Positions 37,605 through 51,116 of a DNA stretch of 64,000 nucleotides are shown here, piece by piece. The notes under the pieces were generated by a model. That model was not told the DNA's origin. It made no database searches and saw only the letters and a list, made by a program, of their open reading frames with translations. The DNA is taken from assembly GCF_009834535.1 (NCBI RefSeq), contig NC_045697.1:4962001-5026000 (forward strand). The letters run 5' to 3'. The stretch comes from Camelus ferus (taxonomy: Eukaryota). Within the stretch, counting starts at the first letter, position 1, and each line of letters starts with the position of its first letter. The position numbers and the translations under genes are program-made.

Positions 37605-38664
37605 GAGCTAAGGAGGACTCGGGGCTTCTTGAGCTTTTAGCAAAGTGAATTAGATCTCTTTCATAGGAGACTCACCAGGCAGACTCCTGCGAAGCCGTAC
37701 AGAGGAGATGGGGAGCCTGAGTCATCGGGATTTAATAAGAATGGCATTTTATAGGCAAGCATCCCGTCGGCGCCTCTGGGTTCGTGGGCCCACGACCACT
37801 CTCTCCGGTTCTACTCTCTGCATTGGTCGTATCTCCGCTCAAGCACATCATTTTGCCGAAAATGGGTCCATGTGTTCAGAAATGGCATTAGGAGCTTTGT
37901 GAGGATGGGCAAGTCTGTGATGATGTTTTCTGAGGACAGGCCCATAATTTCGGAGCCAGGCAAAATGACACTTTGATGGGAAATGTGCCTGCAAGGCTAT
38001 AAAATCTGGTTCTGCTTTTGAATTATTCTTTAGCCCCCAAATAAAACAAAGCATAAAATGTCAGCTGGGGTATTTTAAAAAACAGCCCAGATATGGCTGT
38101 GGTCCAGACTGAAAATCAGGGCCGTGGGGACATTTCTGCCTGAGTCTCTTTGCAGGGGTTTCTGAGTGTTATACGTCTACAATCTTACGCAGCAATAAAG
38201 ACAAACAAAAACCTTGTGGGAAAAGTGCCACATCTGTGAAATGAAAATCTGTGGATATTTTACCCCGACAGAGAGACACGCTGCTGGCATCACAGAGGTG
38301 TCAGGAGAAGGTGGACAAAGACAGACACACCGAGGCTGCACTCCAGTCCCGAGTCCGCTGCCCTGCGGGCACGGCACACCGCCTGGTGTGAACGCCGCTT
38401 CCTCAGCTGTGAAGTGGGCAATAGCACGTGCTCTGCGTCACTGCGGTGAGGGTATGTTTCAGTCATCTTTCCTGCTCGTTGCTAAAGCACCTGCACCTAC
38501 ATCATAACTATTACAGGGAATTATCTTTATCACGTCCTGAAGCACAAATTCGATGGTGTCAGTTGTCTGATCCAGAGACATCTACAGCTCCCCACCCCTC
38601 ATCTGGTAATTGGATGTATGGCTTTACAGGCACAACTGGGGAGAGGATTAAGAACGGCCAGCTC

Positions 38665-39423
38665 GGAGAGGGTGTGGAGAAAAGGCAACCCTCCTGCACT
38701 GCTGGTGGGAATGTAAATTGGTGCAGCCACTAAAGAAAACAATATAAAGAGCCCTTAAAAAACCAAAAATAGACCCACCATATGATCCAGCAATCCTACT
38801 CTTGGGCATATATCCAGGGAAAAGTTTAATTTGAAAAGATACATGCACCCCAGTGCTCACAGCAGCACTATTTACAATAGCCAAGACATGAAAGCAACCT
38901 AAGTGTCCAACGACAGATGACTGGATAAAGAAGATGTGATACATACACACACACACAATGGAATACTACTCAGCCATAAAAAGAATGAAATCATGCCATT
39001 TGCATGGATAGACTTAGAGATTATCATACTAAGTGAAGTAAGTCAGAGAAAGACAAATATCACATGCTATCACTTACATATGGAATCTTAAAAAATGGCA
39101 AAAATGAACTAATTTAGAAAGCAAAAACAGACTCACAGACCTAGAAAACAAACTTAGGTTACCAAAGTGGGAAGGGGTTGGGGAGGGATAAATTAGGAGT
39201 TTGGAATTAGCAGATAAAAACTACTATATATAAATTATAACAGATAAACAGCAAGGTCCTACTGTACTGCACAGGGAACTACATTCAATATCTTGTAGTG
39301 GCCTCTAATGAAAAATAATATGAAAAATAATATACATATGTGTGCGGAATCACTTTGCTGTACACCAGAAACTAACACAACATTGTAAATCAACTACACT
39401 TCAATTAGAAAAAAAAAATAAAA
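38665..39423 (+). mobile_element. Lineage L1 3' end, 5'-truncated, 15-bp TSD at a TT/AAGA endonuclease site
   Basis: TSD aagaacggccagctc (38650-38664) / aagaacgaccagctc (39424-39438); ORF2 end, 3'UTR and poly(A). Confidence 0.92.
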
Positions 39424-40281
39424 AAGAACGACCAGCTCCATGGCTGGAGAAGGCGGGTAGTGGCTTCTGGAGGAAGGGAGACGGGTTTGGCCAGGTGGGA
39501 TGAGACCCCTTGCGAGGGGCTGTATTTGATCACGGAGCCCACTTCAGGTGGTTAGACTTAGGAAGCAACCCTTGGGATTTTCTTCCAGGCTGGCTGAACA
39601 GTAGACAGTGCTGTCTAATTTCGGTGAGGATTTATGAGAGCAGCCAGCACAGCGCCAGGCCCGCAGGACGCTCCTTGTTATGAATAACAGAAGCAAAGGT
39701 GGTTCGGTACTGAGGCTGAGCTCACAGAACGGGCCCTGGGAGGGAAGGCTGGAGACAGTGACTGAGCTCAGGGCTGGACTGGTGGGATTCAGCTTGGCCA
39801 CGGAGCGCGTGGCCAGCCCGCACCCACCCAGCAGCAAGCCGATGTGGGACTGGAGGCTGCTGAACTCAGGGCTCATGTTTTGGAATCTCTCACCTTGTTG
39901 GCATGGACTCTTCTTCCAGGAACTGGGTAACGATTCTGAAACCACACATCATTACTACGGGTTAGACATCACTTCCTTCTCCTGTCCTCTTTCCTGCTTC
40001 TGATGGAGGATGGGGACCACGGACTAACTCCAGCCCCCAACGCGATGCCCCAGGGGCAACAGAAGCAGTGGAACTATTAGCAGCTGCCCTTCCCTGGGTT
40101 CCGGCTGGAGCCAGGCACCACGCGGGCAGGTCGCGCGGGCTTCACGAGAAGGGTGGCCACTCTGGGTCAGGGGTTACTGAACTAGATATGTCACCTCCCT
40201 TCATTTATGTGTCACCTTTCTCAGTTCTGACACAACTCTTAGAGCTTGCTACTCCCATTTTATTGATGAAGAAAGAACTCT

Positions 40282-40449
40282 TTATAGAAAGTAGATTAAC
40301 AAGTTTATTCTGTATCGCACAGGGAGCTATATTCAGAACCTTGTAGCAACCGCTAATGAAAAAGAATACACGTATGTGTATGTACGACTGAAACATTGTG
40401 CTGTACACCAGAAATCGACATATTATAACTGACTATACATTTAAAAAAG
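40282..40449 (+). mobile_element. Short lineage L1 3' end
   Basis: ctgtatcgcacagggagctatattcag...gctgtacaccagaaatcgaca. Confidence 0.8.
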
Positions 40450-40544
40450 CTATTTTCAGAAGGTCAAAGGTCACATGTTAGCAAATGAGACCTGCTCTTG
40501 CCTCTAGATCAATGAACATTCTCTGCCTGGGGGAAAAACTCAAG

Positions 40545-40610
40545 AAGAAAATGAATTAGAAAAAAAGATTCACCACTTTGAAGAAAAAAAAAAAAAGAAA
40601 ATGAATTAGA
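40545..40610 (+). repeat. 34-bp A-tailed insert between perfect 16-bp direct repeats (probable micro-retroinsertion)
   Basis: aagaaaatgaattaga (40545-40560) + aaaaaagattcaccactttgaagaaaaaaaaaaa + aagaaaatgaattaga (40595-40610). Confidence 0.75.
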
Positions 40611-41286
40611 GTTCCTGGAATCTAAATCAGGCAGTTAATAATTCGAGGAGCATGCTTACAATAAATATCTGATTTGATAAACAAAATTATGCTACTTGTA
40701 TTTCAGGGTGTGTTTCTTTATTACAACACCCACATACAAGGTTTCATTTCTTTTAAAATATGATCCGAATGCCTTTCCGAAGCATGAATCTGTCCCTTCT
40801 TACGTAAATCCCCTTAACGGCCCTCTGGTGCCTACAGCGCTGGTGGCCAGAACTCTGGGATTCCGTGTTCTAACATAATCTCAGAAACTGCAAGTGAACA
40901 CCGAAATGCGGTTGTCAACTTTTAAATCCATCAGCTGAGGGCATCGAAGAGAACTACCAAGTCCTACCACTGGACTTGAGCAAAAGGATTGGGAAAGAGG
41001 CATTTTAGCCCAGAAGCAGCATGAGGACACAGTTTCAGAAGAAGGCACAGTGGTCACCGGCCCCAGGCACGTTCCCAGACGAATGTTCAGAAGCACTAAT
41101 CAAAGGCCAGAGGCCTTAGGGCCCTTCCTGCTCCCGCCGGCCAGCCTGGCCCCTGCATGCTCTGTGCTCCGGGCACCCCAGCCGTCCCCGGCCCCCGGCT
41201 TGCCAGCAGCACGTCCGCCTCCCTCTGCTAAATCTTCTGATGCAGGTTTTGGGACACAGCTCAGTTACAGTCTCCTCCTGAAATAC

Positions 41287-41707
41287 TGTAGTGGGTCGAG
41301 CAGCATCTCCCCAGATTCATCCTACGCAGTACCTGTGAATGTGACGTCCTCTGGAACCAGCATCTTTGCGGGGGTAATTAAGAGGAGGTCTGTACTCAGG
41401 AGCGTGAGCCCTGAATCCAATGACTGGTGTCCTTACAAGAAGAGGGGGAGAGACACAGATCCCCGCAGGGAAGAAGGAGGTGAAGACAAAGCAGAGATCT
41501 GAGTGATGTATTTGTAAGAAAAAGAAAGACTGCCCGGAGCCACCAGCATCCTGCAGAGGGCTCTAGGATGGATTCTCTGTGAGAGCCCCCAGAAGGAACC
41601 ACACATGCCAACACCTTGATTTTGGACTTCTGAACTGGGACAGAACGCCCAAATGTGGTTTTAGGCCCCCAGTTTGTGGTGTAAGTGCCTTCCTCTGGCC
41701 CCACAGG
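41287..41707 (+). mobile_element. MaLR LTR (MLT1B/C-like)
   Basis: tgtagtggg...gccctgaatccaatgactggtgtccttacaagaagag...acaccttgattttggacttct. Confidence 0.8.
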
Positions 41708-41818
41708 CCCGTCTGCTTCCTTGTGACCTGGCGGAGGTCACAACTTGGCAGTATTCATTTATCTCCCCGAGGGCTCCAGGCCCTTTGCAGGAGCTCCTTC
41801 ACTGATGCTCCTGGGACC

Positions 41819-42260
41819 TGAATCAGGTTCCCAGGGCTGCGCTAACAAGTGACTACAAACTTAGTGACTGACAACAGCTTTTTTGCTTACAGTTCAAAAT
41901 GAGTCTTGAGGGGGGGAAATCAAATGTCAACAGGACTGAGTTCCTTCTGGAGGCTCTCAGGGAGAATCTGCTTCCCTGCCTTCTCTGCTTCCAGAGGTGC
42001 CTGTACTTCCTGACTGAGCATCCCTCCAGCCTCCTGCTTCTGTGGTCCCAGTCTACCGCCGACTCTGACCCTCCTGCCTCTGTCATATAAGGACACTTGC
42101 AGTGACACTGGACCCACCTAGATCGTCTGGGATAATTTTCCTGTCTCATAATCCTTAACTTAATTACATCTGCAAAGTCCCTTGGGCTTTGTGAGGTATC
42201 GTGCGCACAGGTTTGGAGGGGTTTGGACTTGGCATCATGGGGGGGCCATTATTCAGTTTA
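41819..42260 (-). mobile_element. MaLR LTR (MLT1C/D-like)
   Basis: ttccttctggaggctctcagggagaatctg...aatccttaacttaattacatctgcaaagtcc. Confidence 0.8.
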
Positions 42261-42261
42261 C

Positions 42262-42626
42262 GTTGTGTCTCCCGTAATTACATATGCCGAAGTTCTAAGC
42301 CCCAGTACCTCAGAATGTGACTGTATCTGGAAAGATGATTTTTAAAGAGATAATTAAGCTCAAAAGAGGTCACGAGTTTGGGCCCTGATCCAATCTGACT
42401 GGTGTCCTTACAAGAAGAGGAGATCAGGACAGAGACACACACACAGAGACACGTGAGGACACAGGGAGAAGGCGGCCATGCGCGAGGGGAGAGGCCTCAG
42501 AAGAAAGCAACCTTGCTGACACTCTGACCTTGAACTTCCAGCTTCTAGAATCATGAGAAAATAATTTCCATTGTTTAAGCTACCCACTCTGCGGTACTTT
42601 GTATGCAGTCTGAGCAAACTCATACA
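42262..42626 (+). mobile_element. MaLR LTR (MLT1A-like)
   Basis: cccagtacctcagaatgtgactgtat...ccaatctgactggtgtccttacaagaagagga...tgagcaaactcataca. Confidence 0.85.
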
Positions 42627-43439
42627 GGTAGGCAATATTATTAGCCCTATTTTACTGGACAATAAAACTGAGGCTGCGAACAGTTAAGCATCTCCCCGAG
42701 GTCATAGAATCCATAATATCCCAGTTAGAGGCCCATGGCTTGATTTAAAGACATGGAAGCAATTTTTCAAATGTACACACAGCCTCGTAAGTTAGTTCTT
42801 TCTTACATCTGGCCTCCAACCCCATGCTGCCACCCAGATCATTTTCCTCTCGCTTTAACTTTGGGGGAGAGAGTGCATCTGGTCAAGCCATGCTCCAGGC
42901 TTGTTGGTTTTTCTTTAATCCTACAGAGAACAAACATCAGCACGGTTGACACTGATTAATTCAGTTCAAACGCCATGTTTCTCCATGGGGGCTGGATGTC
43001 AACTTGGTTACTAAGGCAATTGCATTCAGCTAATTATTCCCAAGTATATCTCGTGGAGATTTTGAAGCTTTCAGGATTCACAAACATGTTCAGGGATGCA
43101 CAGGGTTCAGTGCATTCCTTCAAGGATGGGTTAGCCCAACAACACAGAACAAGGTGGGTCACCTTCCCAGGCAGGTCGGATAGGGTCCGTGAAGGCCTTG
43201 CAGACTCCCCCAGCCCAGGTTTTTTTTTTTTCCAGTTGCTCTAAGAACACTGAATCTCAAAGATCTGTCCATGAGTCAGTCTGTGAACTCCCCAAGGCAG
43301 GAGCCACTGCCCAGTACATGGAAAACAATAAAAGTGTTGTTTTTATCCTTGGGACAGGATGGGAATGATGGGCATGCTTGCCCACACCCCGAAAGTGACT
43401 GCAGCACAGCCTGGGATGATGGATAAAAGCTTTGAAGCC

Positions 43440-43575
43440 ATTCACACCTGAACTCAGTTACTGCCTGGGGCTCACTTTTCCTCATCTGTAAAATGGGGAT
43501 GAAATGAAATAATACATGTAAAGGACCTAGCTCGGTTCCTAGCATACAGTAGGTGCTCAATAAATGGTGACTATT
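43440..43575 (+). mobile_element. MIR SINE
   Basis: ttcctcatctgtaaaatggggat...catacagtaggtgctcaataaatg. Confidence 0.8.
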
Positions 43576-46500
43576 TCCCTCACCTTGACCGGCCCCCACT
43601 TCCCAGAGAATTTAGAGGAAACAGGAGGTAGAAGAAAGGAAGATGGAAGAGCTGGTCCAAACGGTGATTATGACCATCCTTCACACATGTGCGATCTGAC
43701 AGTTCACGAGCCCCCTTCCAGTACTGCAACTTGTTGAATTCACCTGACAGCCCAAGAGAACCAGCGTTGTCTTCTTTTTATGGACAAGGAAAGTGAAGCC
43801 TAGGGAGGTGAAGGGACTTCACATGGTCTGAGTTAAAAGAGGCAGCCATGGGATTTGAACTCAGCTCCCCTGATGCCCCGTGTGCTTTCCTTTCCATCCT
43901 GGGTGGGGCAGAGACGTTGGGGGCAGAGCCACTCGACCAACTGGCCCTACCTCAACTGCCCCCAGTCCCCGTGTCTGTGTGCACGCTGTGCCCCGTGCCT
44001 GGGGCACTCCCCCTCCGCCTGCTCAGCCCCCTGCATCTGGTAGCTCTTGCTTGGCCGTCCCTCCCTCTGAGAAGCCCTCCTTGACGTCCTGGATGGCCCA
44101 GGCTGCGGCCCTGCATTTCCCCGTTCCCTGGAACTTCACTGTCACAGCAGTGACCTCAGGCTGTGTGTGGGTTTGTGTGACCATCTGAGCAAGGCTCTTC
44201 TTTCCTAACAGGCTCTGAGTTCCATCGAAGGGGTGCTCCTGCCTAGACGCACAGCCCAGCATGGTGCTGAGCACACGTTACATTTCAACAGCTGACTCAG
44301 CTCCTAAATCTGTAAACTCATTGTGAGGCACCAGGTAAACGCGGGCCAGACCCCTAACATTGGAGCCCAAAGGTCCTGAGAGGACCAGGTGCACACAGCC
44401 ACTTAGTGTCAGGTCCCCTTTGGGGTTCAGGCAGGCCCCCCATACCTCTGGCTTCCTCAGAGACTGTGGCTGAGCTCTTGTTTAATTTCACTCAGTTTCG
44501 GCAGCTTGCAGATTGCCACGGTGATATGGTCTTGCATTTTCCTCCTGGATTCTGTAATTGTGGTGGGCTCTGCGTGGCTGCGCCGAAGACGCAGTCGGTC
44601 TTCACGAGCCCCGTGTCCCCTCCCCCAGCTCCCAACTCTTTGCATTTCCCTTAAGATGCTCAGACAATGGACCTACTTTCTGGGGAAAATGCTGGAAAGA
44701 GTAAGTCCATCTCAAGGTCTAATCTTATTCTATCCATGTAATCCTACTGGAATCTGAGAGCACGGGGCGGGGGGAGGCCTGACGCACCTCAGGAATAATT
44801 CTGTCATTTTCTGACTAACATTCAGAAGAGGTGAGTGACCTCCTTGGGTCACCTGGTAAGTCAGCCTCAGAGCTGGGACCTGAATTTTGCTTTCTTAACA
44901 CCGTGGGTTTTACTGAGTCAGCGAGAAAGGTATCGCACAGCTGAAAGGGAGTCGGGAAGCAACCGCGTAGCTCCCTCTCTTTATCTGGCTGCAGGTACGG
45001 TATGATCTTTCTCTGTGGCCGGTGCTCTTCCTGCCACTGAGAATGCGTCTTCCTGCCTCTGCTGTTTTCCTCTCACCGCCTCCCTCTGGACCACAGTTTA
45101 CCCCCGCGCATCACGCAGGGGCTCTGGTCTCACATGGGACGAAAGTTTTTTCAGGCATTCACTGCACGTTTACCATCACCTCCCTTCTGCCAGCAGTGGT
45201 CTAGGTGCTGAGTCAGGAGAGGGGACAGATAGGCAAAGATAAGAACGGATGAGCCTATGGGATGGAGAAATACAGGGGAGTGACGGAGGGTGCTATTTGA
45301 GAGAGAGAATTGGGAAGGGGCCCCCGGAGGACACCAAGGTCCTTGAGGTCAAGAAGCCCAGGGCAGGGAGGGGAGTGCACGGAAGAGGGGAGAGTGAACG
45401 GAACCTTGTGCATTTACTCTAAGTGGGATGAAATGTCCTGGGGATCCTGGAGGAGAAGCTGCGATCTGATTACACATCACAGCTTGTCTCCACCATAGCC
45501 CTGGGTGAGTGCAGTTACTTCCACTTTCTAGGTAAAGAACCCAGAACCTAATAATGTTCAGTAACTGGCCCAGAACAAGGTCGGTCTCTGGAAAAATCCC
45601 CCTTCCCTGACATACTCACCCCCATTTGCAGGAGTGAAGAGGGGGCCTCAGAACTCCTGGAAAAATGCCGCTCCCCCCCCCTTCCAAGACTCCCAGCTCA
45701 TCGTCATGGTTACCTGCCTTGGGGCCACTGCCCTTTATCCCTTTTCCGTTGGGTGGGCCCAGGATGCTAGCCATCTCTCATCCCCTGGAATCTAGTCCCC
45801 CACTCTGATCTCCTCCTCAGCCCCCAATCCTTCCCACTGCCCCTTCCTGGAATTCACGGCCAGGATCAGCTCCCCCTCCTTGAACATTCCCTCACCTCTC
45901 GCTCTAACCCACACTTAGTTGTGCTCTGAGGACACCACGGTACCCCCATCCCAGCCCTCTCTAGCGGAGACTTTCCCATCACTCCTGGGAGCTCCAGGCA
46001 GAAGGAGGGCAGGTATCTCCTTGCTCCCCACTGCCCTGCCCCACCTTCTGCCTAAACTCCACCACCTTTGATGATGGGCAACACTGTCTCCTCCCTGCCT
46101 GGCTGCAGTCCCCTGTGGATGCCCAGGACAGAGCCCCCACGCCTGGAGGACCTCGGCTCTCCCTGCAACCTACTGCAGGCTTCGTGTCAGTGAAGCAACA
46201 GCACATGCCTCGGCACCCGGCCTCTGTGGTACTTGACCTCGCTTCCTGCAAAGGTCTCCAACCTCACTCTGCCTCACCTGTTCACTCCCATGGTCACACT
46301 TACACCTTGTCCCTTCCAGGGACCGCCCCCTCCCAACGTCTCAGGCACCCCACTCCCAAAACGCCCACAGCCACCGTCCAGCTCACTCCTCCTCCCACCC
46401 CGCCTCGGCCCCCACTTCTTCAGCGCTGGTACTCAGTGACAACACACCCTCTTCGCTGCCATCAGTCCCGCACCCCCTCTTCCCCAGCCAGCATCCTGTG

Positions 46501-48749
46501 GTCCCTCATCCACGTCGCTTTCCCACGCCCTCAGCGCCTTTGTGCATCTTGCCAGGCAAACCCAAGCGCGGGTGAAATCCTGCTTTCTGAGGACCCCAGT
46601 CCTTCCCCGACGCAGCTGAAGAGAAATGCAGCGCCAGGAGTTCCGCTTGGTCCCCGATCCTGACCACTAACAGCGTTCCAGCCCCGAGGGCCCCGCGGTG
46701 TGCCCCGCCCACGGCCTCCTCCTGGCCCTTCACTCTCGCTGTGTGTCTTCTCTCTTCAGACTCCCTACACCCTCTGCCCGAGACTCCTGTCCTTTTCACA
46801 CTCCACATCCAACTACTTCTTCTCCCTTCAGACTGTTTCCACCCCTGGGTCCTCCCTTCCCTCCGGGTCCTGCTCATCACGGCAGCCAGCGGGGTGGCGC
46901 TCCCTGCTCACAGCTCTCTCGTGACTTCTGCGGCATGAGAGCCACCCACTTACAGAGACCTCCTTGCCCGAGATGGGGGGCGGGGGCTGCCACCTCCCAC
47001 CCTCCCTGCACTCACTCCGCGTGGCCACGCTGGTCCCTGTGCCCAGCAAGGTCCCCTCCACAGCCTTGGCCTGCTGCCTGGGAGCCCACTCCCCACATCC
47101 ACGTGACTCCCTCCCTCGTTCTGACCCTCACCCTCCTCACCACCTGGCGGCTTACTTGGTGACGCGGTCTCCCTCCCCAGGTGAGGCTGCAGACCCCACG
47201 ACAGCAGGGATGTTCCCCGCCACATGCAGTATTACCAGGACCCGGAAGAGTGTCTGCCACCAGATATTCAGTAAGACTGGCTAGTTGGATGGATGAAGGC
47301 CGAGCATCCATACTGCCTGCCTCTGTGATTCCCCTTCATCTATTTCTCAGGGTCGGTCCACAGCCTACCTCTGAGCCATGCAGCTTCTCAGGCCCCTCCC
47401 CGCCCCAGAGTCTGTGAGCAAGGCCTGGGAACCTGCATTCTGACACGCCCCAGTGGGATTCAGATGCTGCCTGGGGTTTGAAAGCCCTGCTCTGTTTTAA
47501 GTGGCAAGAAGGATATCGGAGTTGGCTCACACTGGGAGGCTGAAGTCAGGAGAGGAATTTTCCAGAATTCTTCGCCTCCATCCCCTGGCACGTAGGTGTC
47601 GCTTCATTAAAACACAGGGTTCTGGGCATGGGCTCTGATTCCTCTGGGAATCAGTTAGGATGATTGTGTTATCGCGGCTGAGTCCCGTGGCCCCCCTCAG
47701 GGGCAGGTCCCCTCAGTTTGATTGGACATGATGGTGCGAGGAGAGAATCACCTCATGTGTCGCAGCCTGGACGTGTGTGCAGGAGAGAGATAAGCAGGCT
47801 CCATTTAGAGGCGTTCTGAAGCAACCAGACGTGGCAGGTGCTGACCGGCTGGCACAGGAAAGCAGCAGTCACCTCCTGACACCCACCCACCCTCGGCTGG
47901 TGGCAGGGCCCAGAGTGGAACCACAGAAGGAGGGACTTCACTAGGAATGTGGGAGGCCTGGTTAGAAAGCAGAGTCTATGTGGAGCAGTATTACAATGAA
48001 TTAATATTTTAAGAGTTGCTATTTTTAAGACCTGATCTCCCTGGGAGTATTTTATCCGAGGGAGCAAGCTGCCAAAACGTGTCAGAGTCACAGAGTCTCA
48101 GCCTGTCAACTCCAGAAGGGATCTAAGTCTGTCTGAAACAAACTAGCCTGGGTCTTGTAGCCTCTCTGAGGCTCAGTTTTCTCATCTTCAAAGTGGGATA
48201 ATCATCGCATCCACCTCCAAGCGTTGTTGTGAAGATTCAAGGCAATGATGCATACAAAAAAAATTAGCCCACGGCTGGCATATGGTGAAGTCTTAGTTAA
48301 TACATCAAAGAATTTAAATCGCTTAATTTAGAAATAAGACGACCTTGGTTGGGAGAAGGGAAATGCCATAGAAGGCAGCAGAATGGGGACCAGGATGAAA
48401 AGCTGGGGCCTTTTGCCTCCAGGTTGTTAAGAATGACACTGTTAGGGCAGCCTTAGGAAGAGAGCATGGTGAGGGACTGAGGGGTCCTCTGTCATGACTC
48501 CTTCTGTTCCTTCCACTCAAGGGAAAGGAAGACAAAGTGAGAGGGAAGCTTAATAAGATTTGAATAGAAGGCCTGCGTGTTCATTTTGCGCTGGACCCCT
48601 CTAATTATGTAGCTAGTCCTGCTTTTAACTCCTATCATGTAATTCCTACAATATTCTGCAAGGTAGCTTAGTATCTTCATGATGTGGTAAAGAACTTGAG
48701 ACTCACAGAAGTCAAGAAGTCTGCTCATAGTCCAATAGGTCATTGGTGT

Positions 48750-48953
48750 CATCACCACCACAACCAACATCATCACCACCACCATCATCGTCATTCTCAC
48801 CATCATCACCACCATCAACACCATTACCATCACCACCATCACCATCGTTGTCATCATCACCATCATCACCACCATCAACGTTATCACCACCATCAACATC
48901 ATCATCCTCACCACCATCAGCATCACCATCACCATCATTGTCATCATCACCAT
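48750..48953. repeat. Degenerate (CAC/CAT)n trinucleotide low-complexity tract
   Basis: About 200 bp of catcaccaccatc...; source of the His-, Ser/Pro-, Met/Val- and Asp/Gly-rich pseudo-ORFs. Confidence 0.9.
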
Positions 48954-50027
48954 GTCCACTAGCCTTCCCCACCCCCAACTCTCTGTCCTGTCACCCAGGA
49001 CACATCTTGCACAGCAACACAATATGAATGACTATATTTATCATCTGTTTTCTTTTCACTCCTTGTCTCTCCCTATTGGGATGTAATCTCCATGAGAGTA
49101 AGCACTTGCCTGCATTTGGTCCACTCTATTCCAAGTAGGGAGCAGTGCCTAGCACACAGTCAACTCTGAATACGCTGTGGAAGGAACTGGTGATGATTTC
49201 CCAAGATTCTGTTGCCTGCCAGAAACTGTGCTGTTACTTTACGTCATTTATCTTAATTAATCTTTCCAGCTACCCCTAAGGAAGGACAACTGTTCCCATT
49301 TGATGGGTAAGGAAGCTAAGACAGAGCATTTAAGTCCTCGGGTCACACTGCTCATTAGTGGCAGAGCCAGACTTTGAATCTGAGTCTCGCTGGGGCCATT
49401 GGAGGGAGCAGTTGCCCATGGTGTCCTTGGCCAACTGGGGACCACAGACAGCAGCAGCCTCTCATCTGCAGTATGAGCACAAACCCCATACCTCTGTGGG
49501 GTTTCACATTAAATGAGGTGATGTGTGTGTGGCATTGGTGCCAGGCGGCATGTTAAGAGGTGGTCAACACACGCTAAGTGTGGACCACCTCTGCCCCCAC
49601 ACCCGCCCACCATCCTATACGGGGCTCTATTACCTCTTGCCTGCTCTGCCCAGTGGTGGAGATTTCAGGAAATAGCACATGGAGTATTTATAATAAAATT
49701 CTTTTTCTGGAAGATGCTCTGACCCGCCGGCCTGTGCCTTATTCCTCCCTCATGTCCTCTAGGCATGGTGATGGGCACGGGTTCGGGCAGCAGGTTCTGG
49801 GTGTGAATCCTGCTTTGTCACTCATGAGCTGGTGCGGGGGCGAGAATGACACTCCCACCACCGACACCCCCTGCACCCATATGGCCCCGCACCGTCCACG
49901 GCCCTTTCCACCTGCGATCTCATTGGATTCTCACGGTGGTCCTGCGTGGCAGAGGTCTTATGTCATCTCATTTTATAGATGGTAAAACTTCACAGAGACT
50001 TTGAGTGACTAGCCCAGGATTACCCCG

Positions 50028-50372
50028 TGTGATGATTAATTTTATGGATCAACTTGGTTGGGCCATGGTATCCAGACAGTCAGTCAAACATTATTCTGGA
50101 TGTTTCTGCGAGGGTGCTTTTGGATGAGATTAACATTTAAATTAGTGGAACTTGAGCAATCAAGCAGATGACCCTCCAAGATGTGGGTGGGCCTCCTCTA
50201 ATCAGTTGAAGGCCTGGTTTGAACGAAGACTGTCCCCTTCAGAAAAAAGAAACTGCTTCAGATGGCCCTCAGACCTGAACTACAACTCTTCCTGGGTCTC
50301 CAGGCTGCTGGCGCACCCTGGTGATTTTGGACTTGCACCTCCACAGTCATGCAAGTCAGTTCTGTAAAATAA
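50028..50372 (+). mobile_element. ERVL LTR (MLT2-like)
   Basis: tgtgatgattaattttatggatcaacttggttgggcca...ggatgagattaacatttaaat...atgtgggtgggcctc. Confidence 0.85.
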
Positions 50373-51116
50373 CTCTGTTGTCCTCATCTTAAACATGAGG
50401 CTTTTCTTTTGATAACATCTATTCACAAAATTAGACAGAGCATCAGTACAAGCCCTGTATATTTCCCAAGCCACACCCTTCTACTTTCTAGCATGATTTC
50501 AATACAGAAGTTTAGCCTTTTGAGTTTCCTTGGGTAGCATCGAAGAGGTTTGGGAGGGGAGCCGGGAGGGAAGTGAGGACCCTGGATTAGACCTAGGGAG
50601 GAGGAGGGGTGTGCACGGCCACAGGACCAGGGTTACTCTGATACAACCCACTCCATTCCATTTTCTTTTTTATCTGTTGAGTGAAGAGATAATGAAATAG
50701 CTCGCAGCCAGCTGCAGGATAGGTCTTGGGGCAGCATCAACAGAATAATAAACATATTCAGATTGTCCCCGGGAAAGAAGCAGTAGGCTGAGCAGATGCC
50801 CTGTGCACGGGATGTGGCCCTGTGATTCCGGCAGCCTCACGTGTGTGTGGTTTCATCACGTCCTGTCTTGGACGCTGGTGGCTCCAGCTGCAATCCCGGC
50901 TGCACTGACTGCAGCAGCCCCGGGGCATGCTCTGCATTGTTCTCAGCATCAGTCACCTCCGGGATGACCCAAAAGTTTCCTCTTGTGCACAAGGAGGAGA
51001 GTACGTGTTCCCTGCCTCCTTGGAGGAAATGACCTCAGGCACCTGGCTTTAGGTGGGGCTGGGATCCAGGGGTTGCTGGGGGCCCCAAGGATGCACCGGA
51101 GGGACCATCAGCCCTT

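Noticed and set aside
48492..49027. His-rich, Met/Val-rich and Asp/Gly-rich ORFs
   Set aside because: All are readings of the (CAY)n simple repeat
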